From: Octopus sinensis
Lineage: Eukaryota
DNA: 64,000 nt
NCBI RefSeq assembly: GCF_006345805.1
Contig: NW_021833746.1
Coordinates: forward strand, 1 to 64,000
Direction: 5' to 3'
Shown here: positions 24,184 through 36,105 of the stretch, piece after piece
Layout: each line of letters begins with the position of its first letter
Numbering within the stretch: position 1 is the first letter of the stretch
Program-made: the position numbers and the translations under genes
The notes under the pieces: model-generated
Told to the model about the DNA's origin: nothing
What the model saw: only the letters and a program-made list of their open reading frames with translations
Databases searched by the model: none

Positions 24184-24849
24184 TATATATATATGTCTGT
24201 ATGTGTGTGAGAAAGAGAGTGCTCATGTGAGCCTGTGCTTGTTTTGTTGTTTAGCCCCTAGCCAGATCTGATTGCAGAGACCATTGGCCAAAGACATTCC
24301 ATTCTTGACCACCACAACAATCCCCTATGTGTAGGAACCTCTGAGGCATTAACTAGCTTTTCCCTTTTCAAGCCTGTAGAGTATGGATTTGAGTGACATT
24401 GAACTGCAATTTCTAGCAGATTCAGTGACCGTGTAGAGGCTCCACTCTGTCTATGCTTATGGGTCTGTGTGTCAGTGTGTGTCATGGAGGATGAGGGGAG
24501 ATGTGGTGTTCTTTTATTTTAGGATTGGTGCATAGATGGAGTTTGTTGGTGGTGGCCATCCTTTTTAAAGTGTATGGGTAGGGTGTAGGGTAGTGTAGGT
24601 GGTCAAGGCTAGGGATGAGAAAGAGAGAGAAAGTGAAGGAGAGAAAAGGAAAGAGTTGTGATGGTGATTTTGGTGCTGTACTAAAGGCAAAGACAATCCA
24701 AGGGGTGATCATCCATCCTCCATCATGTCTTTCTTGAAGTAGTCTTGGGAGATATATATCTTTAATGAAGGTGTTAGGATGTGATTTGAGGCATATTTGC
24801 TTGCTGTTTCTAGCAGATCCAACTGCCACATAGAACTTAGGTATTTGCT

Positions 24850-25100
24850 CAGCTGATGGTGTTGGTGGTGGTGCTGATGATAGAAGTAGTGGTTTTGGAG
24901 GTGGTAGTGGTGGTGATGGTGGTTGTGGTTGTGGTGGTGGTAGTAGTAGCAGTTGCTGTAGTGATGGTTATGGTGGTAGTGGTGGTGGTTGTGGCATGTG
25001 GCTGTAGTGGTTGGTGGTGGTTGTGGTGGTTGTAATGGTCATGGTGGTGATAGTAGTAGCTGGGTGAGGGTTTGGTAGTAGCTGTGGTCATGGTGGTGCT
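24850..25100. repeat. (GGT)n low-complexity tract
   Basis: Directly visible. Confidence 0.9.
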
Positions 25101-25334
25101 AACTGGTCACCAAAATATAATAGAAGGCTGAAGCTTTCTTCCTTTCTTTCATTTTCATTCTTTCTTTGTTTCTTTAATCTACCCCCCCCCGTATGTTCCC
25201 TCCTCATCCATCCTCCTCCTCCTCCTCCTCTCTCTCACTCTTCTCCTCCCCATCACCATCCACCTGTTGGTCAGTCATCAGTGCTAAAGCTTTGAAGCCA
25301 GTTTTCAGCCACTCTTTTATGCATTAGGCCAACA

Positions 25335-25386
25335 GACACACACACACACACTGGCGGACACACACACACTCACGCACACACACACT

Positions 25387-25417
<31 letters not shown>

Positions 25418-25737
25418 ACACACACACTCGCAGACACACACACACACACTCACACACACTCTCACACATTCATACACACACACTCACACACACACTCGCA
25501 CACACACACGCACACACACACACACATTTACGCACACACACACACACATGCATAAGCTAACATAGACACATACACACTCACACCGAGGAACATGTGTCAA
25601 CAGGAATATATAAACACATACAAGCAGGCATAGACAACACACACACACACCACACACATTCTGAAACACACATACATACACACACACACACACACATACA
25701 TACATACATATATATATAAAATACACATATGCATGAA

Positions 25738-25780
<43 letters not shown>

Positions 25781-25841
25781 ACACACACATGAAGAGAAAC
25801 AACAGGGACATAGTACTGGACACTGATATAGATTATTGAAA

Positions 25842-25882
<41 letters not shown>

Positions 25883-25945
25883 GATACACACATAAACACA
25901 CTGAGATACAAAAGCACACACACACATATACATACATACAAAATC
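25335..25945. repeat. (CA)n-rich compound microsatellite
   Basis: Directly visible. Confidence 0.9.
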
Positions 25946-26235
25946 ATTCACAGAAATTCTCATATCACTGCAATACCACCCAGAGGCTGGTTCTGCTGAC
26001 CACTGGCCATACAACAGCCTCAACAACAACAACAACAACAGTAATCATACCACTACCATCCATCCATCCATCCACAGTAAACACACCATGACATTCTAGC
26101 CAGCAGAGTAGATGCTAGAATACCAGTGTCCATCTCAGGTAGGGATATCTTTAGATGACCATCACCTGCCTTCCATCTCTCTCTCTCTCTCTCCCTTCAC
26201 ACATTCTCTCCCTTTCATTCATCTCTATCTCTCTC

Positions 26236-26653
26236 TTTTACTCTTTTACTTGTTTCAGTAGTCATTTGACTGCGGCCATGCTGGAGCACCGCCTTTTATA
26301 GTCGAGCAAATCGACCCCGGGACTTATTCTTTTGTAAGCCCAGTACTTATTCTATCGGTCTCTTTTGCTGAACCGCTAAGTGACGGGGACATAAACACAC
26401 CAGCATCGGTTGTCAAGCGATGCTAGAGGGACAAACACAGACACAAACATATACACACACACACACATACATATATATTTACATATATATGACAGGCTTC
26501 TTTCAGTTTCCGTCTACCAAATCTACTCACAAGGCTTTGGTCGGCCCGAGGCTATAGCAGAAGACACCTGCCCAAGATTCTACGCAGTGGGACTGAACCC
26601 GGAACCATGTGGTTGGTTAGCAAGCTACTTACCACACAGCCATTCCTGCGCCT
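26236..26653 (-). mobile_element. SINE family A, full length
   Basis: Both halves. Followed by a (CT)n-rich tract at 26655-27045. Confidence 0.9.
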
Positions 26654-26926
26654 GTCTCTCTATTTCTTTTACCTTTTCCCTCTATTTTTCATCGTTCTCT
26701 CTCTCTCTCTCACTATCTCTCTCCTTACCTTTGTTCCCCACTCTTTCTCTCCATATTTTCTCCCTCTATGCTTTAAGTGCCATTTCCCTCTCTTCTGCCC
26801 CTGTCTGTCTGTCTGTCTCTCTCTCTCATTCTCTCCCCCCCCCGTCTCTGCTCCTTCTGTCTCTCTTTTACACCTCTCTTCACTCTTTCCCCCTTCCTTT
26901 GTCCCCCATTCTCTCCTTCTATCTCC

Positions 26927-26960
<34 letters not shown>

Positions 26961-27218
26961 ACTCTATCTCCTTCCTCTCTCTCTCTCTTTCACTCTATCT
27001 ATTTCCTCTCCCTCTCTTTCACTCTATCTCTCTCTCTTTCCAAATGACATGTATGAGCATCCGCTCTGGGAGGTGGTTTGGAATGTGATGGGAAATTTAC
27101 TTCCCAACCACATGGCTCTGGGTTCAGTTCCACTGTGTGGCACCTTGAACAAGTGTCTTCCACTTATAGCTCCAGGCTTGTCAAGCGATGGTGGGGAACA
27201 AACAGACACACAAACATA

Positions 27219-27308
<90 letters not shown>

Positions 27309-27959
27309 GTCGAAAGACCCCTGTTGTTTTTGTCCTGTTATTATTATTGTTTTTTGTATTTATATTCATGTGGCCATCCCGTTTTTCTGTCCTTGTTTCG
27401 TATACATTCGACCCTTTTTCCAAGAAATCTAATGCTCGTAGCTTAGTTTTCCCTTGGGGCTGGCCGGATCGGAGCGATCTCATGATTAATCAGCCGAAAT
27501 TGCGAGGACGATCCGATTCTTGACTGAAGATTAGAGGCTTCGAATGACCCCTCTGTTTTTTTTTGTGTCTTCAATTTGAATGTTTTGCGTTCTTGTCCCA
27601 TTTTGTATTTTTATATATATTTTTTATACATACATATATATATATATATATATGTTTATCAAAATAAAAACATGATGCAAAGGATTTAGCGGTACATATG
27701 TTTCTGGCTTTTATTAGACGGTTTATATCAATGCATAATTGATGTAATTTATTTGTCATTAGCCTTCTTCATCCACGTACAATTACTACTTCAAGGACAT
27801 GTATTACATTATAAGTTTGGGAAAAAGGCGATTTACGTTGGGGATGCAAATCCTCATAGTCGTATACAACAGAGCAAGGCACCAAAACAAAACCAAAGCG
27901 TCCATCTCGTTTTTCGCTCGACGTAAATATATATATATATATATATCTTCTTTCTGTCT

Positions 27960-28275
27960 TTAACTCTCCAACGCGGAGTATAGGCCACTTGTAATTGAAT
28001 TCCATGTCTCATAATTTTTCGCCTCTGTAGTTATACTCTGCCATGAATGTCCCCCTTTCTCTAGTCTCTTTTCTGTTGATCTATGCCATAAGCCTACCTT
28101 TCTTTCTATATCCATCCGAATTCCACTGTATAGCACTTTTCGCTACATTTTGTGTGTCTTTTCTAATTGTGCTACCAATCCACTTCCACTTTTTCTTAAC
28201 TTTCGAAACTTGATTTGTTCTTTGCCATAGCTCCATATTGCTTATGTGTTTGGGCCATCTAATCTTAAGTATACT
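27960..28275 (-). mobile_element. RTE-clade LINE 3' fragment
   Basis: ILKIRWPKHISNMELWQRTNQ..KKKWKWIG..IRK..AIQWN..RKKGR, containing a stop. Confidence 0.8.
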
Positions 28276-28530
28276 AAGGCTATCGTAGAGGACACTTGCT
28301 CAAAGTGCCACACAGCAGGACTGAACCTGAAACCATGTGGTTGGGAAGCTAGCTTCTTACCACACAGCCACCTTGTGTGTATGAATAGTTTTCTCTTTGT
28401 ATAGTGGTTAAGCAACTACAGTACTTGGTAGTATTAGTAGTTGTGATGTGCAGAGCAAATTTAAGAAAAACTAAAATAAGCTGAAACACAAGTTTTGATT
28501 ATTAGTTTCTCACCATTGTGGTTGCTATGT

Positions 28531-28573
<43 letters not shown>

Positions 28574-28760
28574 CACACATATATACGACAGGCTTCTCTC
28601 AGTTTCCGTCTACCAAATCCACTCACAAGGCATTGGTCGGCCTGGGGCTATAGCAGAAGACACTTGCCCAAGATGCCACGCAGTGGGACTGAACCCGGAA
28701 CCTTGTGGTTGGTAAGCAAACTACTTACCACACAGCCACTCCTGTGCCTATATATATATA

Positions 28761-28799
<39 letters not shown>

Positions 28800-28801
<2 letters not shown>

Positions 28802-29110
28802 GAGGTGCAATGGCCCAGTGGTTAGAGCAGCGGACTCGCGGTTGTAGGATCGCAGTTTCGATTCCCAGACTGGGTGTTGTGAGTGTTTATTGAGCGCAAA
28901 CACCTAAAGCTCCACAAAGCTCCAGCAGGGGGTGGTGACGATCCCTGCTGTACTCTTTCGCCGCAACTTTCTCTCACTCTTTCTTCTGTTGGCCTGCTCG
29001 CTTACCCAGCAGTGTGGTGTCATTGGAAGGCTAAAACAATGCGAAGCGCATTGTGACCAGTGATGTGTAGCAACATCTGATAGCCTGGGCGGTCACGGTG
29101 ATCACGGTGA
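28800..29110 (+). mobile_element. tRNA-headed SINE (family D)
   Basis: A box TGGCCCAGTGG, B box GTTTCGATTCC. The 3' end recurs at 5520-5600 and 16770-16845. Confidence 0.75.
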
Positions 29111-29265
29111 TATATATATATATATATATACATATATATATAAACACACACACACATATGTTTATTCTGTCATAGAATATACCCAATGTTCACATACATC
29201 ATGTTTACTTTCTACAAACTCAATTTTATTATCACATTGTGAAATTTAGTGTTACCTAACACAAA

Positions 29266-29305
<40 letters not shown>

Positions 29306-29337
29306 TATATATATATAATATATATATATATATAAAG

Positions 29338-29560
29338 GGAAAGTTTACGAAAATAAACAAAAGACGAAGGCAGGAGGAGTACAAACAAACAAATGTATTA
29401 GTATAGCGTTCAGGAATAGAAAATGTCTTTTACGTTTTGAGCCTACGCTCTTCAACAGAAAGATACACAAAAAAAAACAAGGAGAGAAAGTATGCGTGTA
29501 GGAGCTAACGATCTATCATGGCGTCCTGACTTCGGACAGTTGTCAGACGTGAGAGGGACA
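29338..29560 (-). mobile_element. pLTR-type repeat carrying a degenerate minimal hammerhead ribozyme (29426-29463)
   Basis: Minus strand tcttt-CTGTTGA-A-gagc-gtag-gctc-AAAA-cg-TA-aaaga has type I hammerhead topology with two core substitutions. Confidence 0.5.
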
Positions 29561-29721
29561 GTAGGGGAGATACACACACACATATATGCACTCATACACA
29601 CATATATATATGTTTATGTGTATCGATACATTTATAGTGGTGTGGGTGATCACGGGGGAACACTTGGTTCGTCCGTCGATGAAGAGTGCGGCTATCCGCG
29701 TGAACTGATAGAAAATATAAG

Positions 29722-30321
29722 GCGGCGAGCTGGCAGAAGCATTAGCACGCCGGGTGAAATGCTTTGCGGTATTTCGTCTGCCGTTACGTTGTGAGTTCAA
29801 ATTCCGCCGAGGTCAACTTTGCCTTTCATCCTTTCGGGGTCGATAAATTAAGCACCAGTTACACACGGGTCGATGTAATCGACTTAATTCTTTTGTCTGT
29901 CCTTGTTTGTCCCCTCTGTGTTTAGCCCCTTGTGGGTAGTAAAGAAATAGGTATTTCATCTGTCGCTACGTTCAGAGATCAAATTTCACCGAGGTCGACT
30001 TTGCCTTTCATCCTTTCGGGGTCGATAAAATTAAGCACCAGTTATTCACTGGGGTCGATGTAATTGACTTAATACATATGTCTGTCCTTGATTGTCCCTT
30101 CTGTGTTTAGCTCCTTGTGGGTAATAAAGAAATAGGTATTTCGTCTGTCGCTACGTTCTGAGTTCAAATTCCGCTAAGGTCGACTTTGCCTTTCATCCTT
30201 TCGGGGTCGATTAAATAAGTACCTGTTACTCAGTGGGATCGATATAATTGACTTAATACCTATGTCTGTCCTTGATTGTCCCTTCTGTGTTTAGCCCCTT
30301 GTGGGTAATAAAGAAATAGGT
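29722..30321 (+). mobile_element. SINE family B with its body tandemly triplicated
   Basis: One head, then three bodies joined at aaagaaatagg|tatttc. Confidence 0.9.
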
Positions 30322-30410
30322 GTGGGTATGTACTTATATATCTGCATGCATGCATATATGTATTCTATTACCTATTTATTTCTTCACTTCTCGCTCCCTG
30401 TCGTTGCCAG

Positions 30411-30752
30411 GCTGAAGAACTTAACACTATCATCGGGAATGCTTTCAAGATGGCCTACGCACAGCAACGTCAACGGCAGCCAACATTCAATGAGCTGATC
30501 GAGCGCCAGATCCAGGAACAGAAGGCCAAGTTTGCTGAGGACCAGGAGCAGGCAGAGAGGGACCTCCAGCAGAAGCTCAACGAGATTGCCACTCCAACCC
30601 CGTTCTCAGAGAAGGCCATACAGAGGATGGAGATGAGACGACAACTGAGCGAAGAAACAGCGCAGGAGAGAGAGAAGGAACTTGCACAACAACATCACCA
30701 GCAGCAACAGCAGCAGCATTCAAGCACTGCCACACTGCGGAGCTGGCTTTGG
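30411..30752 (+). CDS. SH2D5: SH2D5-like exon: PTB C-terminal helix (AEELNTIIGNAFKMAYA) plus Q/E-rich predicted coiled coil and polyQ
   Basis: Acceptor cttctcgctccctgtcgttgccAG, donor TGG|GTAAGT, 342 nt, phase 0/0. IGNAFKMAY is the typical PTB terminal helix. Coding-like GC-rich composition. Confidence 0.92.
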
Positions 30753-30844
30753 GTAAGTACGGCCCTTGGCTCAGTGGACTTAATTTTGGCATGTGGGGGC
30801 TGGGGACTCAAAAGGTAAATGGCATAGATGAAGTTTATGATGTT

Positions 30845-31131
30845 AGTTTTGAATGAAACACTCATGCTTTTGGAGGTGAATTATTCAAACCCCAAAGAAT
30901 CCCTCTCAACACATGGCTATGATGCTCCCCCACTACTTCTGCTCGTGATCAGAGATGCACATATCGTCGGCCACTAAGGGACATGCTCAACTGTTTAAGG
31001 TCAAACAACTGACAAGCAAATCTGTGGTATTGAGCAGAATATTTGCTGTAGCCCATCTTTTTTATACCAATAAACTACGACATGATAACACTTCCAATCA
31101 GTTAAGATCAGGAGCCATGAGAGCCACTGTC

Positions 31132-31174
<43 letters not shown>

Positions 31175-31890
31175 GTCGTCATCGAGGGAGAGAGCGGTGC
31201 ATGCCATCAAAGTGACACTGGGGTAAAATATACGAAGCCCTATATACCCGTCTGATAAGGGTACACTAGGCACATGCATCACAACTATATGTGCGCGACA
31301 TAGTTATCTCTTATCAAGATAAATGTCACATGACCTTGCAGGTGGGGCCCAGTTAGAATTTTCTTCTGGTCGAGTAGTCCATCCTGCTCAAAAGGTCCTT
31401 GAATAAGGATTGTTTAAGGATGTTGAACGAAACACCCATGCTTTCGGAGGTGAATTATTCAAACCCCAAAGAATTCCTTTCAACACATGGCTATGATGCT
31501 CCCCCCACTAATTCTGCTTGTGATCAGAGATGCACATATTGTCAGCCACTAAGAGACATGCTCAACTGGTTATGGTCAAACAACTGACAAGCGAGCTAGC
31601 AGAATCGTTAGCATGCCGGGCGAAATGCTTAGCGGTATTTCGTCTGCCGTTACGCTGTGAGTTCAAATTCCGCCGAGGTCAACTTTGCCTTTCATCCTTT
31701 CGGGGTCGATAAATTAAGTACCAGTTAAGCACTGGGGTCGATATAATCGACTTAATACCTATGTCTGTCCATGTTTGTCCCCTCTATGTTCAGCCCCTTG
31801 TGGGTAATAAAGAAATAGGTATTGAACAGAATATTTGCTGTAGCCCATCTTTTATACCAAGACAAAACAATGTACATGATAACACTTCCT
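30845..31890 (-). mobile_element. Two tandem copies of the (TAA)n-associated non-coding element, the second split by SINE B (31591-31820)
   Basis: Reverse complement matches 58433-59057. Each copy abuts a (TTA)n tract. Confidence 0.85.
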
Positions 31891-31931
31891 TATTATTATT
31901 ATTATTATTATTATTATGATTATGATGATTA

Positions 31932-31962
<31 letters not shown>

Positions 31963-32026
31963 TGTTATTATTATTATCATTATCCTTATTATTATTATCA
32001 TTATCATTATTATTATTATCATTATC

Positions 32027-32085
<59 letters not shown>

Positions 32086-32352
32086 CATTATTATTATCTT
32101 TATCATTATTATCATTATCACTATTATCATTATTATTATTATTATTATTATCATTATTATTATTGTCATTATCATTATTATTATTATCATTATCATTATC
32201 ATCATTATCATTATTATTATTATCTTTATCATTATTATTATCTTTATCATTATTATCATTATTATTATCATTATTATCATTATTATTATCTTTATCATTA
32301 TTATTATCATTATTATTATTATTATTATCTTTATTTTTATTATTATCATTAT
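31890..32352. repeat. (TTA/TCA)n in-register microsatellite
   Basis: Directly visible. Source of the poly-Y/H/I/N/D ORFs. Confidence 0.95.
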
Positions 32353-32379
32353 TCTCCTCCTCCTCCTCCATTCCAACAG

Positions 32380-32778
32380 GGAAGGCAGACGACGGAACGT
32401 GTGAAACACCGGTCACCAGTTACGGAACTCCTATCGCTGACCTCTGACCGCGGCTCGCCGCCACCTGCCCTTATCAAGCCATCCTCTAGTCCCGCCCACC
32501 TGAGGCCACAGCCACACAACAGCACCGATCACAGCCTCCACGGCCAGCAGCGTAACTCTGTACCTCCTGGGGTGAGCAACTCCCACTCCTTGTCTGTTAG
32601 CGCTATCCAACAATGCTTTGAGAACTGTCAGGTGAAGGGGTCTCCCGTGACTGCTTTAAAAGATCAAATTGACAAACACTTCGGTGATTGCTCCCTTGAA
32701 TCCTTAGATCTGGAATTTGGCCACCCTGACACATATCTATACCCTGCTTCTAAACTAAAGCAGAAAGATGGGGAAAAG
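32380..32778 (+). CDS. SH2D5: SH2D5-like exon: S/P-rich linker GRQTTERVKHRSPVTELL...GSPVTALKDQIDKHF...KQKDGEK
   Basis: Acceptor (cct)n-ccattccaacAG in phase 0, open GC-rich frame, donor AAG|GTACCT (399 nt). The 3' boundary is uncertain: in-frame donors also exist after 32571 and 32631. Confidence 0.75.
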
Positions 32779-32870
32779 GTACCTCTGCTTTGTTCTTCTA
32801 TTTTCTTTTCTTTTTTTTTTTTTCCTTTTTTTTCTTTTTCATTTTTTCTTCTCACTCACTCACTCACTCA

Positions 32871-32906
<36 letters not shown>

Positions 32907-33100
32907 ACTTTTTCTCTCTCATTTTCTATTTTCATTGCATGCCCTTTGTTCTCTGTTCTCTTCTTTACACATCTAACTATCACTTTTAACATCTAACATT
33001 GCCATCACCTCTAAACATTACCTTAATCTCTAACTATAGCCTTGACCTTTAAACCTAATCTTAACATATAAAAAACCTAATCTTAACATATAAATCCAGT

Positions 33101-33329
33101 TTAATCCTTTCATTACCAACCCGGCTGAAACCGGCTCTGGCTCTGAGTACAAATGTCTTGTTTTCATAAGTTCCGAATTAAAATCTTCCACCAAACCTTA
33201 GTCACAATTTATGTTCCTAACACCAGCTTAATGATAACTAAGTTATTTTACTAAATTCTTTGTTATATTTAAAATTAATTGAAAGGAACACAGAGCATTT
33301 CAAAATAAATACAGTAACGAAAGGGTTAA
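33101..33329. mobile_element. piggyBac-like MITE (second family)
   Basis: TTAA-TCCTTTCATTAC ... GTAACGAAAGGG-TTAA ends. Confidence 0.75.
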
Positions 33330-33913
33330 CATCTAAAGCCAGCTTATCACTGTAAATTCAAAATGCTAAATTTGCCATAATACTTTAAACTTGGCCCTAA
33401 CACTCTAAATTCACCATAGCACTCTAAACTTGCCATAACAATCTAAAACCTCCCCTAACATTAAATTTGCCATAACACTCTAAACTCACCTTAGCATCTA
33501 CTCACCTGCCTTAACATCTAAGCTTGATTTAGTATCAAAACAAGCAATCTACTATATTTTCTGGTATACAAGTCAAAGTTTTCAGGCCAAAATTTATGAC
33601 CAAAAAAGGTAGGTTGACTTACTCACCAAGACGACTTTGGAGGACCCCAAAATTCTATGTGAAACATAGCAGGAATTGGAAAGATGATGATGATGATGTT
33701 TGAATGGTTACGCAGCATACTGTGGTGACTCGTACGATGGACAAGGTGGTACTCCAATGATTATCTTGTACTTCAACTTTTACATAAGTCTCATGGAATG
33801 TAGAGTACAAGCAGCCGTACCACCATGGTTATCTTCCTTTACATACATCAGCCAATGCCTTTCAATGCTCATCCACCTGTGACTCACATCATAATCATCA
33901 TCATCATCATTGT

Positions 33914-34144
33914 TTAACCCTTTAGCATTTAAACCGGCCATATCCGGCCAAAAGTATTCTGCCTGTTTTATGTTCAAACTGGCCAGATCTGGTCTCTCAC
34001 AACAACCCTACAATGTCGTTTTAAAAATTTACAGCTACCTCATCAAAATCTCATAGCTACAAGATTAATGCCTGATTAGTTCAAAACAATGTGGATAAAA
34101 AAAGCATTAATTTTGGCAGAATAATGCAAACACTAAAGAGTTAA
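33914..34144. mobile_element. piggyBac-like MITE
   Basis: TTAA-CCCTTTAG ... CTAAAGAG-TTAA ends. Confidence 0.75.
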
Positions 34145-35117
34145 CATCCGCCTTCCATGCTGACATGGTTTGAGAGGGGTTGGCCTGGCAGAAGACTGCA
34201 CCAGACTTCTGTCTGTTTTGACACGGTTTTTACGACTGGATGCCCTCCCTGACACCAACCACCCTGTAGAGTGGACTGAATGCTTTTTATGTGGCACCAG
34301 CTCAGGTGAGGTTAGTTTTGGCACAGTTTTTATAGCTGGATGCCCTTCCAAATGCCAACCACTTTACATTGTAGACTGGATGCTTTTTATTTGGCACCAG
34401 CTCAGGTGAGGTCAGTTTTGGCATAGTTTTCTCAGCTGGATGCCCTTCCAAATGCCAACCACTTTACATTGTAGACTGGATGCTTTTTATTTGGCACCAG
34501 CTCAGGTGAGGTTAGTTTTGGCACAGTTTTTATAGCTGGATGCCCTTCCAAATGCCAACCACTTTACATTGTAGACTGGATGCTTTTTATTTGGCACCAG
34601 CTCAGGTGAGGTCAGTTTTGGCATAGTTTTCTCAGCTGGATGCCCTTCCAAATGCCAACCACTTTACATTGTAGACTGGATGCTTTTTATTTGGCACCAG
34701 CTCAGGTGAGGTTAGTTTTGGCACAGTTTTTATAGCTAGATGCCCTTCCAAATGCCAACCACTTTACAGTGTAGACTGGATGCTTTTTATTTGGCACCAG
34801 CTCAGGTGAGGTTAGTTTTGGCACAGTTTTTATAGCTAGATGCCCTTCCAAATGCCAACCACTTTACAGTGTAGACTGGATGCTTTTTATTTGGCACCAG
34901 CTCAGGTGAGGTTAGTTTTGGCACAGTTTTTATAGCTAGATGCCCTTCCAAATGCCAACCACTTTACATTGTAGACTGGATGCTTTTTATTTGGCACCAG
35001 CTCAGGTGAGGTCAGTTTTGGCATAGTTTTCTCAGCTGGATGCCCTTCCAAATGCCAACCACTTTACATTGTAGACTGGATGCTTTTTATTTGGCACCAG
35101 CTCAGGTGAGGTCAGTT
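34145..35117 (-). repeat. Family C-variant SINE expanded into a ~9-unit, 100-bp tandem array
   Basis: tgctttttat recurs at exactly 34281, 34381 ... 35081. An unexpanded relative sits at 13750-13980 on the plus strand. Confidence 0.95.
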
Positions 35118-35874
35118 ACGTTCTGGCATTTGCTAAATTTTTCTTGAGAACATTCCTTTCTTAGTGGTAAGACCGTTGCGGATCTTCTTCTAGCATAATG
35201 GATGTCCACTTACAAGTCATCTCTCTTATATGTATGTAATATAATTTCTTTCTGAAACTTCAGATTTTTAAATATGCTAGACCACTGGTTTTAAATTAAT
35301 ATTAATCAAATTAACATTCAAATTTTCGTCCTTAGTATTTTAAATTTATATAAATATACAAAATGGCTAAAAGCTATCCATTGAGAGTAACATATTTAAA
35401 ATTAAAAGCAGAAAAATATAAATTTACACACAGTTCGTAACTGTGCTCTACAGCTATTTCATAGGGATTAAGCATCATTATATAACTATGTTTGATGCTA
35501 ATGAAACAGCTGTCGAGTACAATTAAATTATAAACTATATGTGAAATTCTTACCCATGTATATATTATATACTGTCCTAATCAGGTTCTACACAGCATAT
35601 TTTTTTTTAAATAGTTATTTTATTAGATCCTACTAAATTCTTAATTTATCTCCAAAATTAATTAGAAACAAAATTTAGAGCATACATTTTATTAGAAATA
35701 TGGCTGTGCTGAAAGCTAACATTGAAATTAAAGGTTCTGAGTTCAAACTCAGCCTAAAGAACTTGTGTGCACTTATGACAACAGACCACCTGATGACAGC
35801 CAGGGATTACACCAATTAAAATATAACAGAGGAAAGAAAAAAGAAAAAAAAAGGAAACGATGTTGGCATTGACA

Positions 35875-36105
35875 GACTTCTTCTTCTTCTTCTTCTTCTT
35901 TTTCTTCTTCTTCTTCTTCTCTTCTTCTCTCCTCCTCCTCCTCCTCCTCCTCCTTCTTCTCCTTCCTCTCCTTCGTCTTCTTCTTCTCCTTCTTTTTCTT
36001 CTTCCTCCTACACTTCTTCTTCTTCTTCTTCTTCTTCTCCTACTCCTCCTTCTTCTTCTTCTCCTTCTCCTCCTTCTTCTTCTTCTTCTTCTCCTTCCTC
36101 TTCTA
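35875..36105. repeat. (CTT/CCT)n microsatellite
   Basis: Directly visible. Source of the poly-R/K/L/F ORFs. Confidence 0.95.

Noticed and set aside
26410-27432. 340-aa plus-strand ORF
   Set aside because: Runs through SINE A, a (CT)n tract and (TA)n. No domain and no coding-like composition.
27520-27560. CTGAAGA..TTCGAAT hammerhead-like motif
   Set aside because: GAAA is absent and there is no plausible stem II.
28800-28875. tRNA gene candidates (also 14622, 29722, 45950)
   Set aside because: A/B boxes are present but there is no complete cloverleaf, and each continues into a SINE body.
31822-32379. N-terminal 186 aa of the 384-aa ORF (poly-Tyr/His)
   Set aside because: Translation of the (TTA/TCA)n microsatellite. 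Only 32380-32778 is treated as exon.
32960-33540. Degenerate ~20-bp ctctaaacttgccataaca units as interstitial telomeric sequence
   Set aside because: No intact TTAGGG/CCCTAA runs. Treated as a decayed minisatellite interrupted by a MITE.
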